The notes: generated by a model not told the origin, from the letters alone. Positions 33,629 through 45,595 are shown, counted from the first letter of the stretch. The stretch: DNA of 64,000 bases from an uncultured delta proteobacterium (GCA_963789265.1 CAWBKB010000001.1:320001-384000), one strand, 5' to 3'. Translations and numbers: made by a program.

Positions 33629-36600
33629 CTATATTTCCAGCTTCTCCGCAATGGTCTCCAAGCTTTTCAAAGCACTGTCCGTATCAAAGCTTTCGACTTG
33701 CTTTTCCAGCCGTTTGAATTCTTCATGAACCGATGAATTCGCCAGGCGGCCATTCAAAGCTTCAAGCCGGTCCATGGCTTGGGTCAGATCGCTTTCCAGA
33801 AGCTGAGCTATTTCCCGGAGCAGAGTTTTTACTACTTCCTTATCGACATGCACCTCAGCTCCGGACTCTCTGGGCATTTGCCGGGCGGTCAGTCTCTCCT
33901 CGACTACTCTTATTCCATCCATCACAACTCTTAACTGAGAACCGAACTGTGTCATGAAAAGATCCAGGTTTTGTTTGCCTTCCCCGATCGCTTTCTCCAA
34001 GTCGGCCGCGGCCTGGTAGAGGTTGTCCCCACCGAGGTTTCCGGAGACTCCTTTTACCGTATGAGCAAGCCGGGCTGCCGTTTCCACATCGCCTGATTGG
34101 AGAGCAGCTTTGATATGCTCGACCGCGTTTTCCTGGCCGTCCTTGAACTTGCACAGGAGCTTGGTATAGAGCTGCTTGTTTCCGCCTACTCGTCCGAGAC
34201 CGGAGGCTATGGAAATCCCGGGTAACTCAGAAGGGAGGACTTCCTCTACCTTCTTACCCTCACTCAACGACTCATACTCGCGCTCCGGCATCTCTCGATC
34301 ACCCGGCTTGATCCATTTTACCAGTGCAGATATAAGCTGATCCGGATCAATGGGCTTTGTTACATGATCATTCATGCCGGCTTCAATACTTTTCTCGCGG
34401 TCACCCGCCATAGCATGGGCAGTCATGGCGATGATCGGCAAATCTTTGAACCTCTCATCCCTGCGAATCTCCTGAGTCGCCTCAAATCCTCCCATTACCG
34501 GCATTTGTATATCCATAAGCACCACGTCAAAATTAGCTGCCCTCACCATCTCCACGGCCTGTTTCCCGTTGTCGGCAATTCGCACAACCAATCCCGCCTG
34601 CTGCAAAATTTCCTCAGCAACCTGTTGGTTGATTTCATTATCTTCGGCCAGCAACACCATTGCCCCTCGAATATTTCGCAGCCTTTCCTCATGACTGTGA
34701 CTAACCCGAGCAATGGCCTCACTCTCGGGAGCTTCCTTTCCAAAAGCGACCATGATTGCGTCAAAAAGCACAGATTGGCCCACTGGCTTAAGAAGAAAGC
34801 CGTCCACTCCCACTTTTTCGGATTTCTGCATGACCTCTTCACGACCGTAGGCAGTTGCGATGATAATTTTGGGCGTCTCAGTCAGGCTCGGGTGCTTCTT
34901 GATCAACGCGGATGCTTTGATCCCGTCCATACCGGGCATTTTCCAGTCCATTACTACCAACTGATAGGGACGGGCTCCGGCTTCCTTTTCCAACTCCGCT
35001 ATGCCTTCCTCGGCAGAAGCTGCCGGGGTCACTTCAAAACTCATGGTTTCCAGCAGAGACTGCAGAATCTCCCTGGATGACGCATTGTCGTCCACCACCA
35101 GGACCCTCATGCCCCGCAAGTCCACTGACGGTTCCAGGTGCCTTCTTGAGAACCATCCTCGCCAAACCGAATTTTGCCGTGAATATAAACTCGCTCCCCT
35201 TTCCAGGCTTCGCTCTCAACCCAGATCTCCCCTCCCATCATATTGACTAACCGCTTGGAGATGGTAAGCCCGAGACCGGTCCCTCCATATTTTCTGGTGG
35301 TGGACATGTCTGCCTGGCTAAAGGCTCGAAACAGTTTCCCCTTCTGCTCTTCAGTCAGGCCGACACCGGTATCTCGAACGCAGAACTGAAGCGTGACCGA
35401 CGTCTCATCTTTCTCCGCCACCTTGGCGGCAATCACAATCTCACCTTCCTGTGTAAATTTCACAGCATTGTTGCTCAGGTTTATCAGGACCTGCCCCAGC
35501 CGCAGCGGATCGCCCACCAGGGCCAGGGGCACATCTTTTGATGTATCCATCAAGAACTCCAAGTCCTTCTCATGCACCTTCACTCCCACCACCGTGGATA
35601 CATTGTCGAGCACTTCGTCCAGGCTGAAATCCACGGACTCCATCTGCAACTTCCCCGCCTCGATCTTGGAAAAATCCAGGATGTCATTGATGATCCCCAG
35701 AAGCGAGTGGGCGGAGCGCTGGATCTTTCTCACGTAGTCCGCTTGTTTGGGTGTCAGCTTTGTCTGAAGAGCCAGATGGGCCATGCCAATCACCGCATTC
35801 ATCGGCGTCCTGATCTCGTGGCTCATGTTGGCGAGGAAATCGGACTTGGCTTTCGTGGCATCCTCAGCTATCTCCTTGGCCCGGCGGATCTGCTCCTCGG
35901 CCTGTTTGCGAGCAGTGATATCTGTGACGAGAGCGAAAGAGCCCGTTTTCTCGTCTTTTTCGTCAAGAAAAGGGGTGGCATTGAACAGACAGGGCACGTT
36001 CACCCCGTCAGACCTTTGCAGCGAAATCTCGTATGCCCCTACCTTTCCTTCCTTTCTTTCTTCGAGTTGGGCAACAAAAATCAGGCGGTTCTCCTCGTCA
36101 ACAAAGTCAAAAATCCTGCGGCCGACGATCTCTTCCTGCCGCCTGCCAAGGATCGTGGACAGCGCGGGGTTGGCGGTCAGGATGACGGTGTCGTTGTCGA
36201 CCAGCAAGAACCCCTCGTTTGCCGTTTCCAAAATCCGGCGCGTTCTGCTTTCACTCTCAGCAAGCGCCTCCACGGCTCGGCGACGTTCGGTGACGTCTCT
36301 AAAGGTAATCACAGCGCCTACAACACCGCCATCCTTATGGATAGGGTTGCTGGAATAGGCTGCGGGAAAGCTCGTACCATCTTTTCGCCACAGGACTTCA
36401 TTATCGACATGGCTTACGGTTCCACCTGAAATGGACTTGTGCATAGGACAATTTTCTTGCGGATATGGAGAACTATCCTCATGAGAATAGTGAATGAGGC
36501 CGTGGAGCCCCTTGCCCTCAAATTCATCCGGTGAGTACCCGAGCACCCGACAAGCAGCGGGATTGACAAAAGTGATCCTGCCGTCCAGGTCCACACCGAT

Positions 36601-37666
36601 GATCCCTTCGCCTGCAGATTCAAGGAGCAGCCTGGTACGCTCTTCCGATTCGCGCAGCTCTTCCGTGCGATCTTTGACCAACTGCTCCAGATGATCCCTG
36701 TATCGTGCGATCTCGCTCCGAGCCATTTCAGCATCCTCGGCCAGGCTCAAAGCAGCGGCCTGGCTGCGACGCAGTTCCTCGGCCCTCCTTTTTATATCCT
36801 CGGTGGCCCGTGAAGCGCGAATTCGATCTAACGAGAGGGAGCCCACGATCTTGGCGAAACCCGACAAAAAGCCAAGAATGCTCGGTAGCTTTGCCTCGTC
36901 CATCATTGGCACTTCCTTGATGGATGCCACATAATCCTCTTCATCGTAACCGAGGTCTCGAGCCTGGCGACGGAAGAAGTCGAGATCGGGTTCCTGTAAG
37001 TGGAACTGGCCGATAAGAATATTGGCCACATGCTTCCCGTCTATGATCAGCGGAGAAGCAGCGTCCGTCAGGCCATTCTTGCATGTATAAATCGTGAAAT
37101 CCTGACCTTCCTTCGAGTCTGGAACCCAGTATTGCGTCGCTTTCGGCACAGCGTTGAGAGGAAATTTCGCCAGCACGATGGAATTGGGTGCAAGCCCGCC
37201 GAAAATTTGCGAATGCCAGCAGGTTGCCGTTGAGGTCCGATATGGCCGAGGCAACTCCGACCGCATCGCAGAAGTGGGCAAGAAGTGTCTGCAAATCCTC
37301 AACATTCAATAAGTCCGCTGCCTCCAAATCTTCAGGTTCCCCTCCTGAGACGGCGTCTCGATCCTTCATGGCCGGGACCGCCTCGTCCAAGGCCGCATCC
37401 TTTTCAATCTGTTCCAGGGATCCGTAAGGCTCGGGCTTGCCGGCAGCCTGGGCCAAGTCGTTAGCTTCTTTTTTCAGATCGAGAATCCGCTGTTCCCTGG
37501 CCATGACCAGGCGATTGAGTCGTTCGAATTCCAGGATTCTTTCCTGCAATTCAGATTGGGCAATGCCGTCCCCTTTCTGCGCCTTGTCGCCGGATTCTTT
37601 CGCTTCAACGGCCGACGGCTCTGTTACAAGAAAGCGATCCTGTTCAGTCATGGTGTACTCCGACAA
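33629..37666 (-). CDS. Hybrid sensor histidine kinase (PocR-like, 2 PAS, HisKA, HATPase, 2 REC, Hpt) split by frameshifts
   Basis: ANMSHEIRTPMNA, NAVKFT, GGTGLGL, DWKMP, DIQMP, AHTVKG; frame changes near 37120 and 35140-35210. Confidence 0.88.
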
Positions 37667-37730
37667 TTGTTCGACGATTCTGATGATCTAATGCAAGATA
37701 ATTGGAAATCGCCAAAGTGAGTGTTGCCTC

Positions 37731-37967
37731 ATGAAATCTTATCACGGTTGCGACGGATTACAACGTCAAGCGCTATTGATGGGAGAAGTTCCACGCAGAA
37801 GCGTTGGAGAGATCACCGGCTATCATGAGCGCATGGCGCGAAATGTCATCTCCGATCTCTTGAAAAAGGGATATCTTAAATCTAAAGGCAAACAAAGCCC
37901 TCTGGTGCTCTCCTTCCCGATTGATGCCATAGAGCGTTGGTTTCCAAGGCTCTATACAGCGACTTGA
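37731..37967 (+). pseudogene. C-terminal fragment resembling a Fic-family protein tail
   Basis: GEVPR...ERMARNVISDLL..G.L.S...FP....RWFPRLY; no Fic core upstream. Confidence 0.5.
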
Positions 37968-38188
37968 TTTACGTTCTGCTAGGAATCAATTATCTTAAAT
38001 TCCGGGTACACCATACTCAATTCCCTTTGGGAGTTTCTTTTGGTCCGGGTTTCCGCCTATGAATTCGGGCACACACCATACTTATTTTTTTCGCGTGTGG
38101 CGATAAGATCCTCTACTTGGCAGTGGCAACGTGCGACCGGAAACGTTCTCATTGACCGGAGGCGGTCTGGTGAGTTACGCTCAACAAA

Positions 38189-40711
38189 TTGAAAAAGCGG
38201 GTTTCTTTGGCAAAGGTACGACGTTTTTGTCTCTGCCGGGTCTTGTGGGAGGAGATACAGGAGCCTTTTCGAGGTCAAAGGAACCATCTCTCACCCCTCA
38301 CTGGCACCAAGACGCTTGAAATGGCAAAAGCCTCGCATAATCCCAGTCTAAGCAGGTCAAGTATGCAAAAACATGGTGACCCTTCTTCACCCAGTTCTTA
38401 TAGACCCGACAATGCTACACTATCTCGAGGCGGTTCCACTCCCTCTGGTTCCACTTTCTGGATTTCGTATCTTTTGTGTCTGATCTTTAGTTCACTACTC
38501 TTCACCGGATTGTTCGAGTGGCACATCTATATCGAATTGTTGCACCATGAGGCTATAAGTCTGACTTTCCCTGAACAGGGCGCTCTCTTTTGGCTTTTGA
38601 TCGCGAAATCCATGGTATTGGCCCTTCCGGTCCTAATAGTTGTGGCTGGATTGTTATGGTTGGGATGGAAACGGGCTGCGTCATGGTTTTTCACCGTTAC
38701 CTGGATACTGATTTTCTTTTGGATGATTACGGATCTGCTTTCATTTCGCTTCTCCGGGAGCCATATTGCCGACTATGTTCCCAATATTAAGGACATTCTG
38801 AGTGCTCCCCAGGAACAACAGTGGCAGTGGATGGGTAAAGGCGTTTTGCTTCAAGCTGCTACCGTGTTAGGGGCTGTTTGTCTGATAGCGGGGGGAATGC
38901 TGTTTGTCGTAAAGCGATTTGCGGTTCGGTTCATCAAACGATTCTCGCCTTTGAGAAGTTTCTTAGCCGTCATGGCGCTATACCTATTCATAATTGTCGG
39001 CTTTGTTCCTGCTCTAGCAGCTTTTGCCGGCGATGATTTGCTTCGCATTATTTACGGCCTTTTACCCATGGACACACTCGTGCTGGAGAACAGCGTTGTC
39101 AATGTCAGAGAATTTGAAGGGGCTTCGAACAGTGCCTACGCCGGGACTTCGTCTGAGAAGTCCCAGCTTGGATTGGATGGTCGAAGAAAGAGCGTACGTG
39201 CGCTCACTCTTCAGAACAGAACCAGGGTGACACTGGACTTGACAGGATGGCGACTCCAAGATTCTCTGGGGAGACACTATGATTTGACAGGAATATTGAA
39301 ACCCGGCCAAGGTACACGAGTGTCTCTGTCCGCCCACGAGATCTCCGGTCGCGATTTTCTCGTTATTGACGGTGCCGGCTGGCTACGGTTTCGCGGCAGG
39401 CTAATAGAAGGTGGTTTATTCCCCAAGTTGATCTTGAGCGGACAAAGGTCCGCGGATTGCTTGCCAAATGTAAATGTGGACATTGAGGAAGCGCTATTGG
39501 ACAAGACATGCATTGATGATGCTTTTGATCCGAAGCCCGCGGACTTCTCAGCAGTGCTGTCCAAGAGGCAGCTTCCTAACGTGATCCTTATTACGGTCGA
39601 GAGTTTTCATTTCTCCGCCATTGGACCAGAAATGATGCAAAAGCTTGACCGTATAGCGGACAGAGGTCTGCGCCTCAGCAGGCATTACTCCTCTTCTAAC
39701 ATTTCACAATTGGGCATCTACTCTCTGCTCCACGGCAGAAGCGGGATCACGTACCGCAGCACGCTGCAAAGGAAAACGCCTGCGCAATTATGCTTGTCTC
39801 TCAAACAGTCTGGGTACAGACGTTCGTTCGTCACTAGTGGCGAAATGCGTTCATGGAGACGCATGGACGAAATTTTCAACTCTGTCAATTTTGACAATGT
39901 GGTGAAGCTACCTAACTCTTACGGCAAGAATTGGCTTACAAGCTCGGATGACTGGCCCTCCGACGATCGATGGAAGCTTGGAGAGACATTGCGAATCGTT
40001 TCTCAAAACACTCGGGAACCCAACTTCGTGTTCACATTTTTGATGTCCACGCACTATTCCTACGCGTGTCCTCCCGAGTTCCAAAGGTATACTCCTAATG
40101 ACCTGCCCTCATTCGTGATGTGGTCTCAAAAGGACCTGGGAATACTTCGGAATCGTTACAAGAACACCGCCCTCTTCCTCGAAGATGAGCTGCTCAAATT
40201 TATTAAGAAGTTGGACCTCAAGAAAAACATTGTAATAATAACCGGAGATCACGGCGAGTCTCTTGGGGAAGAGGGGAGCACTGTACACGGTAATCGTAAA
40301 TCCGATGTGCAGTTACGAACACCCCTCGTGATGCTAGGCGGCGACATCCGTCCTCGCAAAGTGCAGTACGCTACAACTCATACGGACTTGCTGCCGACCC
40401 TACTCCATGTTTTGGAAAGGAAGCATGTTCCCGTCGCCCACACGCACGGCCGTGACTTAATCGAAAATGGGCTTAACGAAGATCAGGTCACCGTGACGCC
40501 TTATAAGCATGCGCACAAGGCGGATTGGCTGTTGGTCATAAGTGGCCGGAAGCGCAGTCTTTTCCGCGCTCTCCCAGACGCACCGAAGGGGCCCACAGTC
40601 GGCTTCTTCGTTCATCTGGACGAATCAGGCCGCTCTATGCCCGATTTCTCGTGTGGCAAACGTTCAACAGGGCTGGTCGTACCACTGAAAGAATTGAGAT
40701 CACAGTGGTAA
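38189..40711 (+). CDS. Membrane-anchored sulfatase-like (YejM/LtaS-type) protein
   Basis: N-terminal TMs, PNVILITVES, FLMSTHYSY, ITGDHGE, THTDLLPT; start uncertain. Confidence 0.8.
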   Translation: MKKRVSLAKVRRFCLCRVLWEEIQEPFRGQRNHLSPLTGTKTLEMAKASHNPSLSRSSMQKHGDPSSPSSYRPDNATLSRGGSTPSGSTFWISYLLCLIFSSLLFTGLFEWHIYIELLHHEAISLTFPEQGALFWLLIAKSMVLALPVLIVVAGLLWLGWKRAASWFFTVTWILIFFWMITDLLSFRFSGSHIADYVPNIKDILSAPQEQQWQWMGKGVLLQAATVLGAVCLIAGGMLFVVKRFAVRFIKRFSPLRSFLAVMALYLFIIVGFVPALAAFAGDDLLRIIYGLLPMDTLVLENSVVNVREFEGASNSAYAGTSSEKSQLGLDGRRKSVRALTLQNRTRVTLDLTGWRLQDSLGRHYDLTGILKPGQGTRVSLSAHEISGRDFLVIDGAGWLRFRGRLIEGGLFPKLILSGQRSADCLPNVNVDIEEALLDKTCIDDAFDPKPADFSAVLSKRQLPNVILITVESFHFSAIGPEMMQKLDRIADRGLRLSRHYSSSNISQLGIYSLLHGRSGITYRSTLQRKTPAQLCLSLKQSGYRRSFVTSGEMRSWRRMDEIFNSVNFDNVVKLPNSYGKNWLTSSDDWPSDDRWKLGETLRIVSQNTREPNFVFTFLMSTHYSYACPPEFQRYTPNDLPSFVMWSQKDLGILRNRYKNTALFLEDELLKFIKKLDLKKNIVIITGDHGESLGEEGSTVHGNRKSDVQLRTPLVMLGGDIRPRKVQYATTHTDLLPTLLHVLERKHVPVAHTHGRDLIENGLNEDQVTVTPYKHAHKADWLLVISGRKRSLFRALPDAPKGPTVGFFVHLDESGRSMPDFSCGKRSTGLVVPLKELRSQW

Positions 40712-40720
40712 TGGTGCCTA

Positions 40721-41515
40721 GAGCCGGTTGCAAAACCTCATAAGCATTTTTTCAACGTTACCATGACACATGCGAGTTGGAAGAAAGCAACGAACATACT
40801 GATATGATTCTCATATCTTACAACAATCCGCCGATAGTTCGTGATCTAGCTGAAGGTGCGCTCGACTGTAATTCGTCTCCTGTAGCGATCCCAGAGTCTG
40901 TCATCTTGTCGATTCACATTTCTATGATTCCTGCGATGCGGAACAAGGAGAGTGATCTCAGCCGGCGAGGCAGAGTCGGTATAGCTTCCGAGAGGAACAC
41001 CCTTGCCATCGACCAGTACCAAGCACTTCGATCCCTTTCCCCGCTTGGTCTTCCCGACTCCCGCGCCCCTTTTTTTGCTGGAAAGAAGCTCGCATCCACA
41101 AACACTTCATCCCAGTCCAGGATGCCGTTGTGGTCCAACTCTGAGAGAAAGGCACGCCACATGTCCTTGAGAACATCAGCTTCATACCACTCTCTCAGAC
41201 GCCGCCAACAGGTGGAAGGGTGCGGATACTTCTTTGGAAGATCTTTCCACCGGGCTCCCGTCCTGAGTATCCAGAGTATCCCTTCGAAGACCAACCGATC
41301 ATCCGCCGGGGGCCGCCCTCCCTTGGGATTCTTGGGGCGTTTGGGGATTAACGGCTCGATCTTCCTCCATTGCTCATCTGTCAGATACACCACTCGATCT
41401 TTCACCGGATTTACCTCCGGTGAGTCATATATACAACAAATATCGGGAGAACAACTACTTAATTCATTCGCGATATCGCGCGCTTAACACTGAACCAAGG
41501 TTTTGCAACCGGCTC
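40721..41515 (-). mobile_element. Decayed IS5-family (IS427-like) element
   Basis: Perfect 18-bp TIR GAGCCGGTTGCAAAACCT flanked by TA (CTAG); orfA LTDEQW..WILRTGARWKDLP; A7G slippery site; orfB shortened with an in-frame stop. Confidence 0.9.
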
Positions 41516-41731
41516 TAGTAAAAAAAAGAACTGTTTCCCGAAGTACACACTTGCCCTCCATAGGAAAATCAGTTTACAATAATGTAATATTGGAAAGTAC
41601 GGTTGGGGGTGTTTCTTAAGGGTTACAATTAGCCGTCATCTCACGTTTTATATATGTTAAGAAATCCCTTGGATGTCCCCCATGTCCAGTCCTAAAGCGC
41701 CTTTTATAGACTGGACCTTGCTGGTTATTGT

Positions 41732-41747
41732 TGGCACATAATTTGCT
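41732..41747 (+). promoter_or_regulatory. Sigma54 (-24/-12) promoter
   Basis: TGGCAC-ATAAT-TTGCT consensus about 53 nt upstream of ATG 41800. Confidence 0.8.
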
Positions 41748-41799
41748 CTGAACCCGATGAATTAATTTGCCGCCCTGTCCAGGGGCAAGTCAGGGTCCC

Positions 41800-43737
41800 A
41801 TGAAAATACTAGTCAGACTCAATTCGCTGGAAGAATATCCTCAGAAAGTCCCCTGCCGAGACGCATGCCCGGTCCATACCGAAGCGGGAAACTATGCACA
41901 ATCCATAGTTCTGGGCAAAGACGAAGAGGGTTACCGTTGGGCCAGAAAGCCGAATCCCCTTGCCTCGGTATGCGCTAGGGTGTGCGCGGCTCCATGTGAA
42001 GACAAGTGCAGAAGAGGCGTGATTGACAGCCCTGTGACCATACGGGCGCTCAAGAGATTCGTGTGCGAGAAGCACGAACAGACCCTTCCGCAGGAATGCC
42101 GGCCTCCTGGACCAGATGAAATTATTGCCCCCCTCGAAGATAAAGTAGCGGTCATTGGCGGGGGACCAGCCGGAATGGCCTGCGCGGATACCCTGCTGAA
42201 TTGGGGATATCGTGTAACTCTGTTCGAATCTACTGAAATGCTCGGTGGTGCGCTCTGGCAATATATCCCTGAATACAGGCTTCCCAGGTCCATAGTGGGG
42301 CTTGAGGTTTGCGGTTTATTGGAGAAGGGTTTGGATCTTAAGCTTGAGACGGCGCTGAATGAAAAGCTCACTTTGTCTTCTCTGCGTAATGAAGGCTACA
42401 ATGCCTTTTTCCTTGCCTGCGGTGCAACACGGGCCCTAGACCTCGCAATCGAAGGCCGCGACGCAGATGGGGTCTTCAGAGCCATTGACTACCTCTTGAA
42501 TGTGAACAGGGGCTATCGACTGGATCTGGGTGAAAAGGTGATAGTGATCGGCGGCGGTAATGTCGCAATAGACGTAGCTCGAACTGCCTTGAGACCCGTC
42601 GAGATAGAATCGGCCAAAATCGTTCCGCCCTTGGAAGAAGGAGTCGCTGCTCTCTCGATGCACAGCGCTACGGAACGTTTTCGTGATACCGGCATTTTCC
42701 CCGCCTCTGAAGAAGGTCTTGCCGGCCTGGATGCTGCAAGATCTGCTCTCAGGGGAGGTGCTACGTCCGTGACTATGGCTAGCCTGGAGTCGTTTGAACA
42801 ACTCCCCGCGGCCCGCAGCCAGCAGGGGAGAGAAGAACTTGACGAAGCGCTAGAGGAGGGTCTCAAACTCAAGACGTCAGTCGGACCGAAAAGAATTCTG
42901 GTGAAAGATGGAAGAGTTGCCGGTGTGGAGTTCTTGGAGGTGGACCAACTCTTCGACGAGACAGGCAGGTTTGCTCCCACGTTTAAGGCGGGTACGGAAT
43001 CGACGTTAGAGGCTGATTCGGTGATACTCGCCATAGGGCAGGCGCCGGACCTCCCGTTTATTAAGGAAGAGGACAACATTGCCACCACCCTACGGGGAAC
43101 CATAAAGGTAGATCCTGAAACGTTAGAGACATCGGCTCCAGGCGTTTTTGCAGGTGGAGACGTGGCGTTCGGCCCACGAATCATTATCGAGGCCGTCGCC
43201 AATGGTAAGCGTGCGGCATATTCGATCGACCGGTATCTTAGAGGCGTTTCTCTCAGGCAACAATGCAACATTTCCGTGCAGGAGCTGAAGCCCGAGATCT
43301 TCAGGCGGGAACCTCATTATGACATCATATCCAGGCAGGTCCCGCCTTTGGAGTCCACTGAACGTCGTGTAGGCGCAACCGAGGTCGAGAAGGTCTACGA
43401 TGAACAGACTGCCCGCCGACAGGCCTTGCGATGCCTCGATTGTTATATCCACACAATCTACGATTCTGATCTTTGCATCCTCTGTGGAGCATGCGCAAAC
43501 ACGTGCCCGACTCGCTGCCTGACGTTTGTCAGCGCGACCTACCTGGAGAGCGAACACGAACCGACAGGCGTATTCTTGTCCGGGCAAGGCACGACGGGGA
43601 AAACAGCCTTAATCAAAGACGACGATTTGTGTATCAGGTGCGGTCTGTGCGCCAAAGTTTGTCCCACCAGTGCCATGACCATGGAACGTTTTCAGGTTGA
43701 AGAACAAACTCTTGAGGTACGGGAGGTACAATCTTGA
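41800..43737 (+). CDS. FAD/NAD(P)-dependent Fe-S oxidoreductase (GltD/NfnB/DsrL-like) with C-terminal 2x[4Fe-4S]
   Basis: CRDACP, CARVCAAPCEDKC, GGGPAG, GGGNVA, CILCGACANTCP, CIRCGLCAKVCP. Confidence 0.9.
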   Translation: MKILVRLNSLEEYPQKVPCRDACPVHTEAGNYAQSIVLGKDEEGYRWARKPNPLASVCARVCAAPCEDKCRRGVIDSPVTIRALKRFVCEKHEQTLPQECRPPGPDEIIAPLEDKVAVIGGGPAGMACADTLLNWGYRVTLFESTEMLGGALWQYIPEYRLPRSIVGLEVCGLLEKGLDLKLETALNEKLTLSSLRNEGYNAFFLACGATRALDLAIEGRDADGVFRAIDYLLNVNRGYRLDLGEKVIVIGGGNVAIDVARTALRPVEIESAKIVPPLEEGVAALSMHSATERFRDTGIFPASEEGLAGLDAARSALRGGATSVTMASLESFEQLPAARSQQGREELDEALEEGLKLKTSVGPKRILVKDGRVAGVEFLEVDQLFDETGRFAPTFKAGTESTLEADSVILAIGQAPDLPFIKEEDNIATTLRGTIKVDPETLETSAPGVFAGGDVAFGPRIIIEAVANGKRAAYSIDRYLRGVSLRQQCNISVQELKPEIFRREPHYDIISRQVPPLESTERRVGATEVEKVYDEQTARRQALRCLDCYIHTIYDSDLCILCGACANTCPTRCLTFVSATYLESEHEPTGVFLSGQGTTGKTALIKDDDLCIRCGLCAKVCPTSAMTMERFQVEEQTLEVREVQS

Positions 43738-44282
43738 GCATCACCCAAAGCTATGATGGTAGCAGGAGATCTTTCTTGGGCAAATTGGCACTCATCATTG
43801 GAGGAGTGGCAACGGGGGGAAGCGTCTATGCCGCAGTCCGATCACTGGTCCCGAATGTATTGTACGAGCCTCCTAAGACCGTAAAAGTGGGACTGCCGGA
43901 GTTCATACCAGACGGGGTAACCTTTTTCAAAGAAGCGAGAGCCTTCGTTTTCAAGAAAAGTGTGGAAGGAAAGACGAGCTTTTCCTGTATATCCGCGGTT
44001 TGCACGCACTTAGGATGCCTGGTCCAGCACGTGGCCAAAGAAGAAACAGTCTCGACTCCACAGGAGAAGATCCAAGTCGGTTTCTCCTGCCCATGCCATG
44101 GCAGCCGGTTCACCATCGACGGAAAGGTCGTGGGCGGACCGGCCCCCAAGAATCTGCCGTGGCTGGCGTTGGCCGTCTCCCCGGACGATGGGCAGCTTGT
44201 GGTAAACACAGCGGCTCACGTCGAAACGGGCAAGAGTTTGCTGGTTTTGGCCGTGACCGGCCGGGACGTGAGGAAGGTGTAG
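43734..44282 (+). CDS. Rieske 2Fe-2S protein
   Basis: Tat motif SRRSFL, CTHLGC, CPCHGS, GPAP. Confidence 0.95.
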   Translation: MSITQSYDGSRRSFLGKLALIIGGVATGGSVYAAVRSLVPNVLYEPPKTVKVGLPEFIPDGVTFFKEARAFVFKKSVEGKTSFSCISAVCTHLGCLVQHVAKEETVSTPQEKIQVGFSCPCHGSRFTIDGKVVGGPAPKNLPWLALAVSPDDGQLVVNTAAHVETGKSLLVLAVTGRDVRKV

Positions 44283-44284
44283 TC

Positions 44285-45595
44285 ATGGAAGAATTCTTGA
44301 AAGCACGTCGCTTTTTCTGGTCGTATTCCCCTCAGTCTCCACGGGAAGCGTCTGATTCGGTTGTATTGAATTTCCTTTTGCATGTGTTTCCCGCATACGT
44401 GACAAAGAGTGCTGTCAGCCTTACTTCCACCTTTTGGTTGGGCACGATCACCTGGGTTCTCTTCGTGATTCTCACGATCACGGGGGTGATTTTAATGTTT
44501 CTCTATGTGCCGTCGGTGGAACGTGCATACCCGAGCATGAAGGATTTGGAATTCGTGGTGAGCTACGGGCCCATTATCAGATGCGCCCATAGGATGGCAG
44601 CGCACGGCATGGTAGCTTTCGCATTTCTGCATCTGGTCAGGGTTTGGTATACCAAGTCATACAAAAGCTCACGCACCCTTGGCGGGATAAGAGAGGCCAA
44701 TTGGCTCATCGGCATTGTCCTGTTCGTGTTGACGCTGGCTCTTTCTTATAGCGGCTATCTGCTTCCCTGGGATCAACTCGCTTACTGGGCGGTGGTTATC
44801 GGCGCGAATGTGGCCAAGAATTCTCCTGTAATCGGAGACAAGCTGCGGGAGGTGCTCATAGGTGGTACTGAGATCGGTCAAAACACGCTGATACGCTTTT
44901 ACATTCTCCACTGTGTGGGGTTGCCTATCGTCCTCGGCATAGTTGGAGCATACCATATGTGGCGTATAAGGCGTGATGGTGGACTGGCTGTCACAGAAAG
45001 ACTAATGCTACAAAACGCGGGCGCAGAGGTTAGACCAAGCCCAACCAAAACGTACACCCTACTTGGAATAAAAGAGGGGTCCACGCTTTCGGTTAGGAGC
45101 AGTCTACTGCCAGATTCACTCATGACGAGGGCCAACCCCGAATTGATTCTGAGACTCCTTATAGCTGTGGTGCTTACTCACATTATCATCCTCGCCTTGG
45201 CTCTATACGTTCGGGCACCGTTGGAAGTGGCCGCTAATGCATGGTACCCACCTAACCCGGCAAAGGCACCTTGGTATTTCCTCTGGCTACAGGAACTCAT
45301 TGCAGACACTACGGTTAGAATGGGAAGTTACGTGGTAAATGGAGGGTTCGTGGGGGGCATCCTCATCCCGACGATCGTGCTCGGAGTTTTGGCCGTATGG
45401 CCTTTTCTGGATCGTAGCCCTGATCAAGCCATCGGCACGTGGTTTCACCGGTCGCGTTGGATTCAAAATGTCGTATTCACCATCGGCGCCTTCATCATCA
45501 TTGCACTCATCATAGTGGGGGCGTTTCTCAGGGGTCCTTTCTGGAAATTCTACTGGTTCGGTCAACCGTGGCCCACGGTACCGCCTCTATATTAG
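44285..45595 (+). CDS. Cytochrome b of a Rieske/cytochrome b complex
   Basis: HRMAAHGM..FLH, GYLLPWDQ, RFYILH...YH, NPAKAPWYF at the PEWY position. Confidence 0.93.
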   Translation: MEEFLKARRFFWSYSPQSPREASDSVVLNFLLHVFPAYVTKSAVSLTSTFWLGTITWVLFVILTITGVILMFLYVPSVERAYPSMKDLEFVVSYGPIIRCAHRMAAHGMVAFAFLHLVRVWYTKSYKSSRTLGGIREANWLIGIVLFVLTLALSYSGYLLPWDQLAYWAVVIGANVAKNSPVIGDKLREVLIGGTEIGQNTLIRFYILHCVGLPIVLGIVGAYHMWRIRRDGGLAVTERLMLQNAGAEVRPSPTKTYTLLGIKEGSTLSVRSSLLPDSLMTRANPELILRLLIAVVLTHIIILALALYVRAPLEVAANAWYPPNPAKAPWYFLWLQELIADTTVRMGSYVVNGGFVGGILIPTIVLGVLAVWPFLDRSPDQAIGTWFHRSRWIQNVVFTIGAFIIIALIIVGAFLRGPFWKFYWFGQPWPTVPPLY

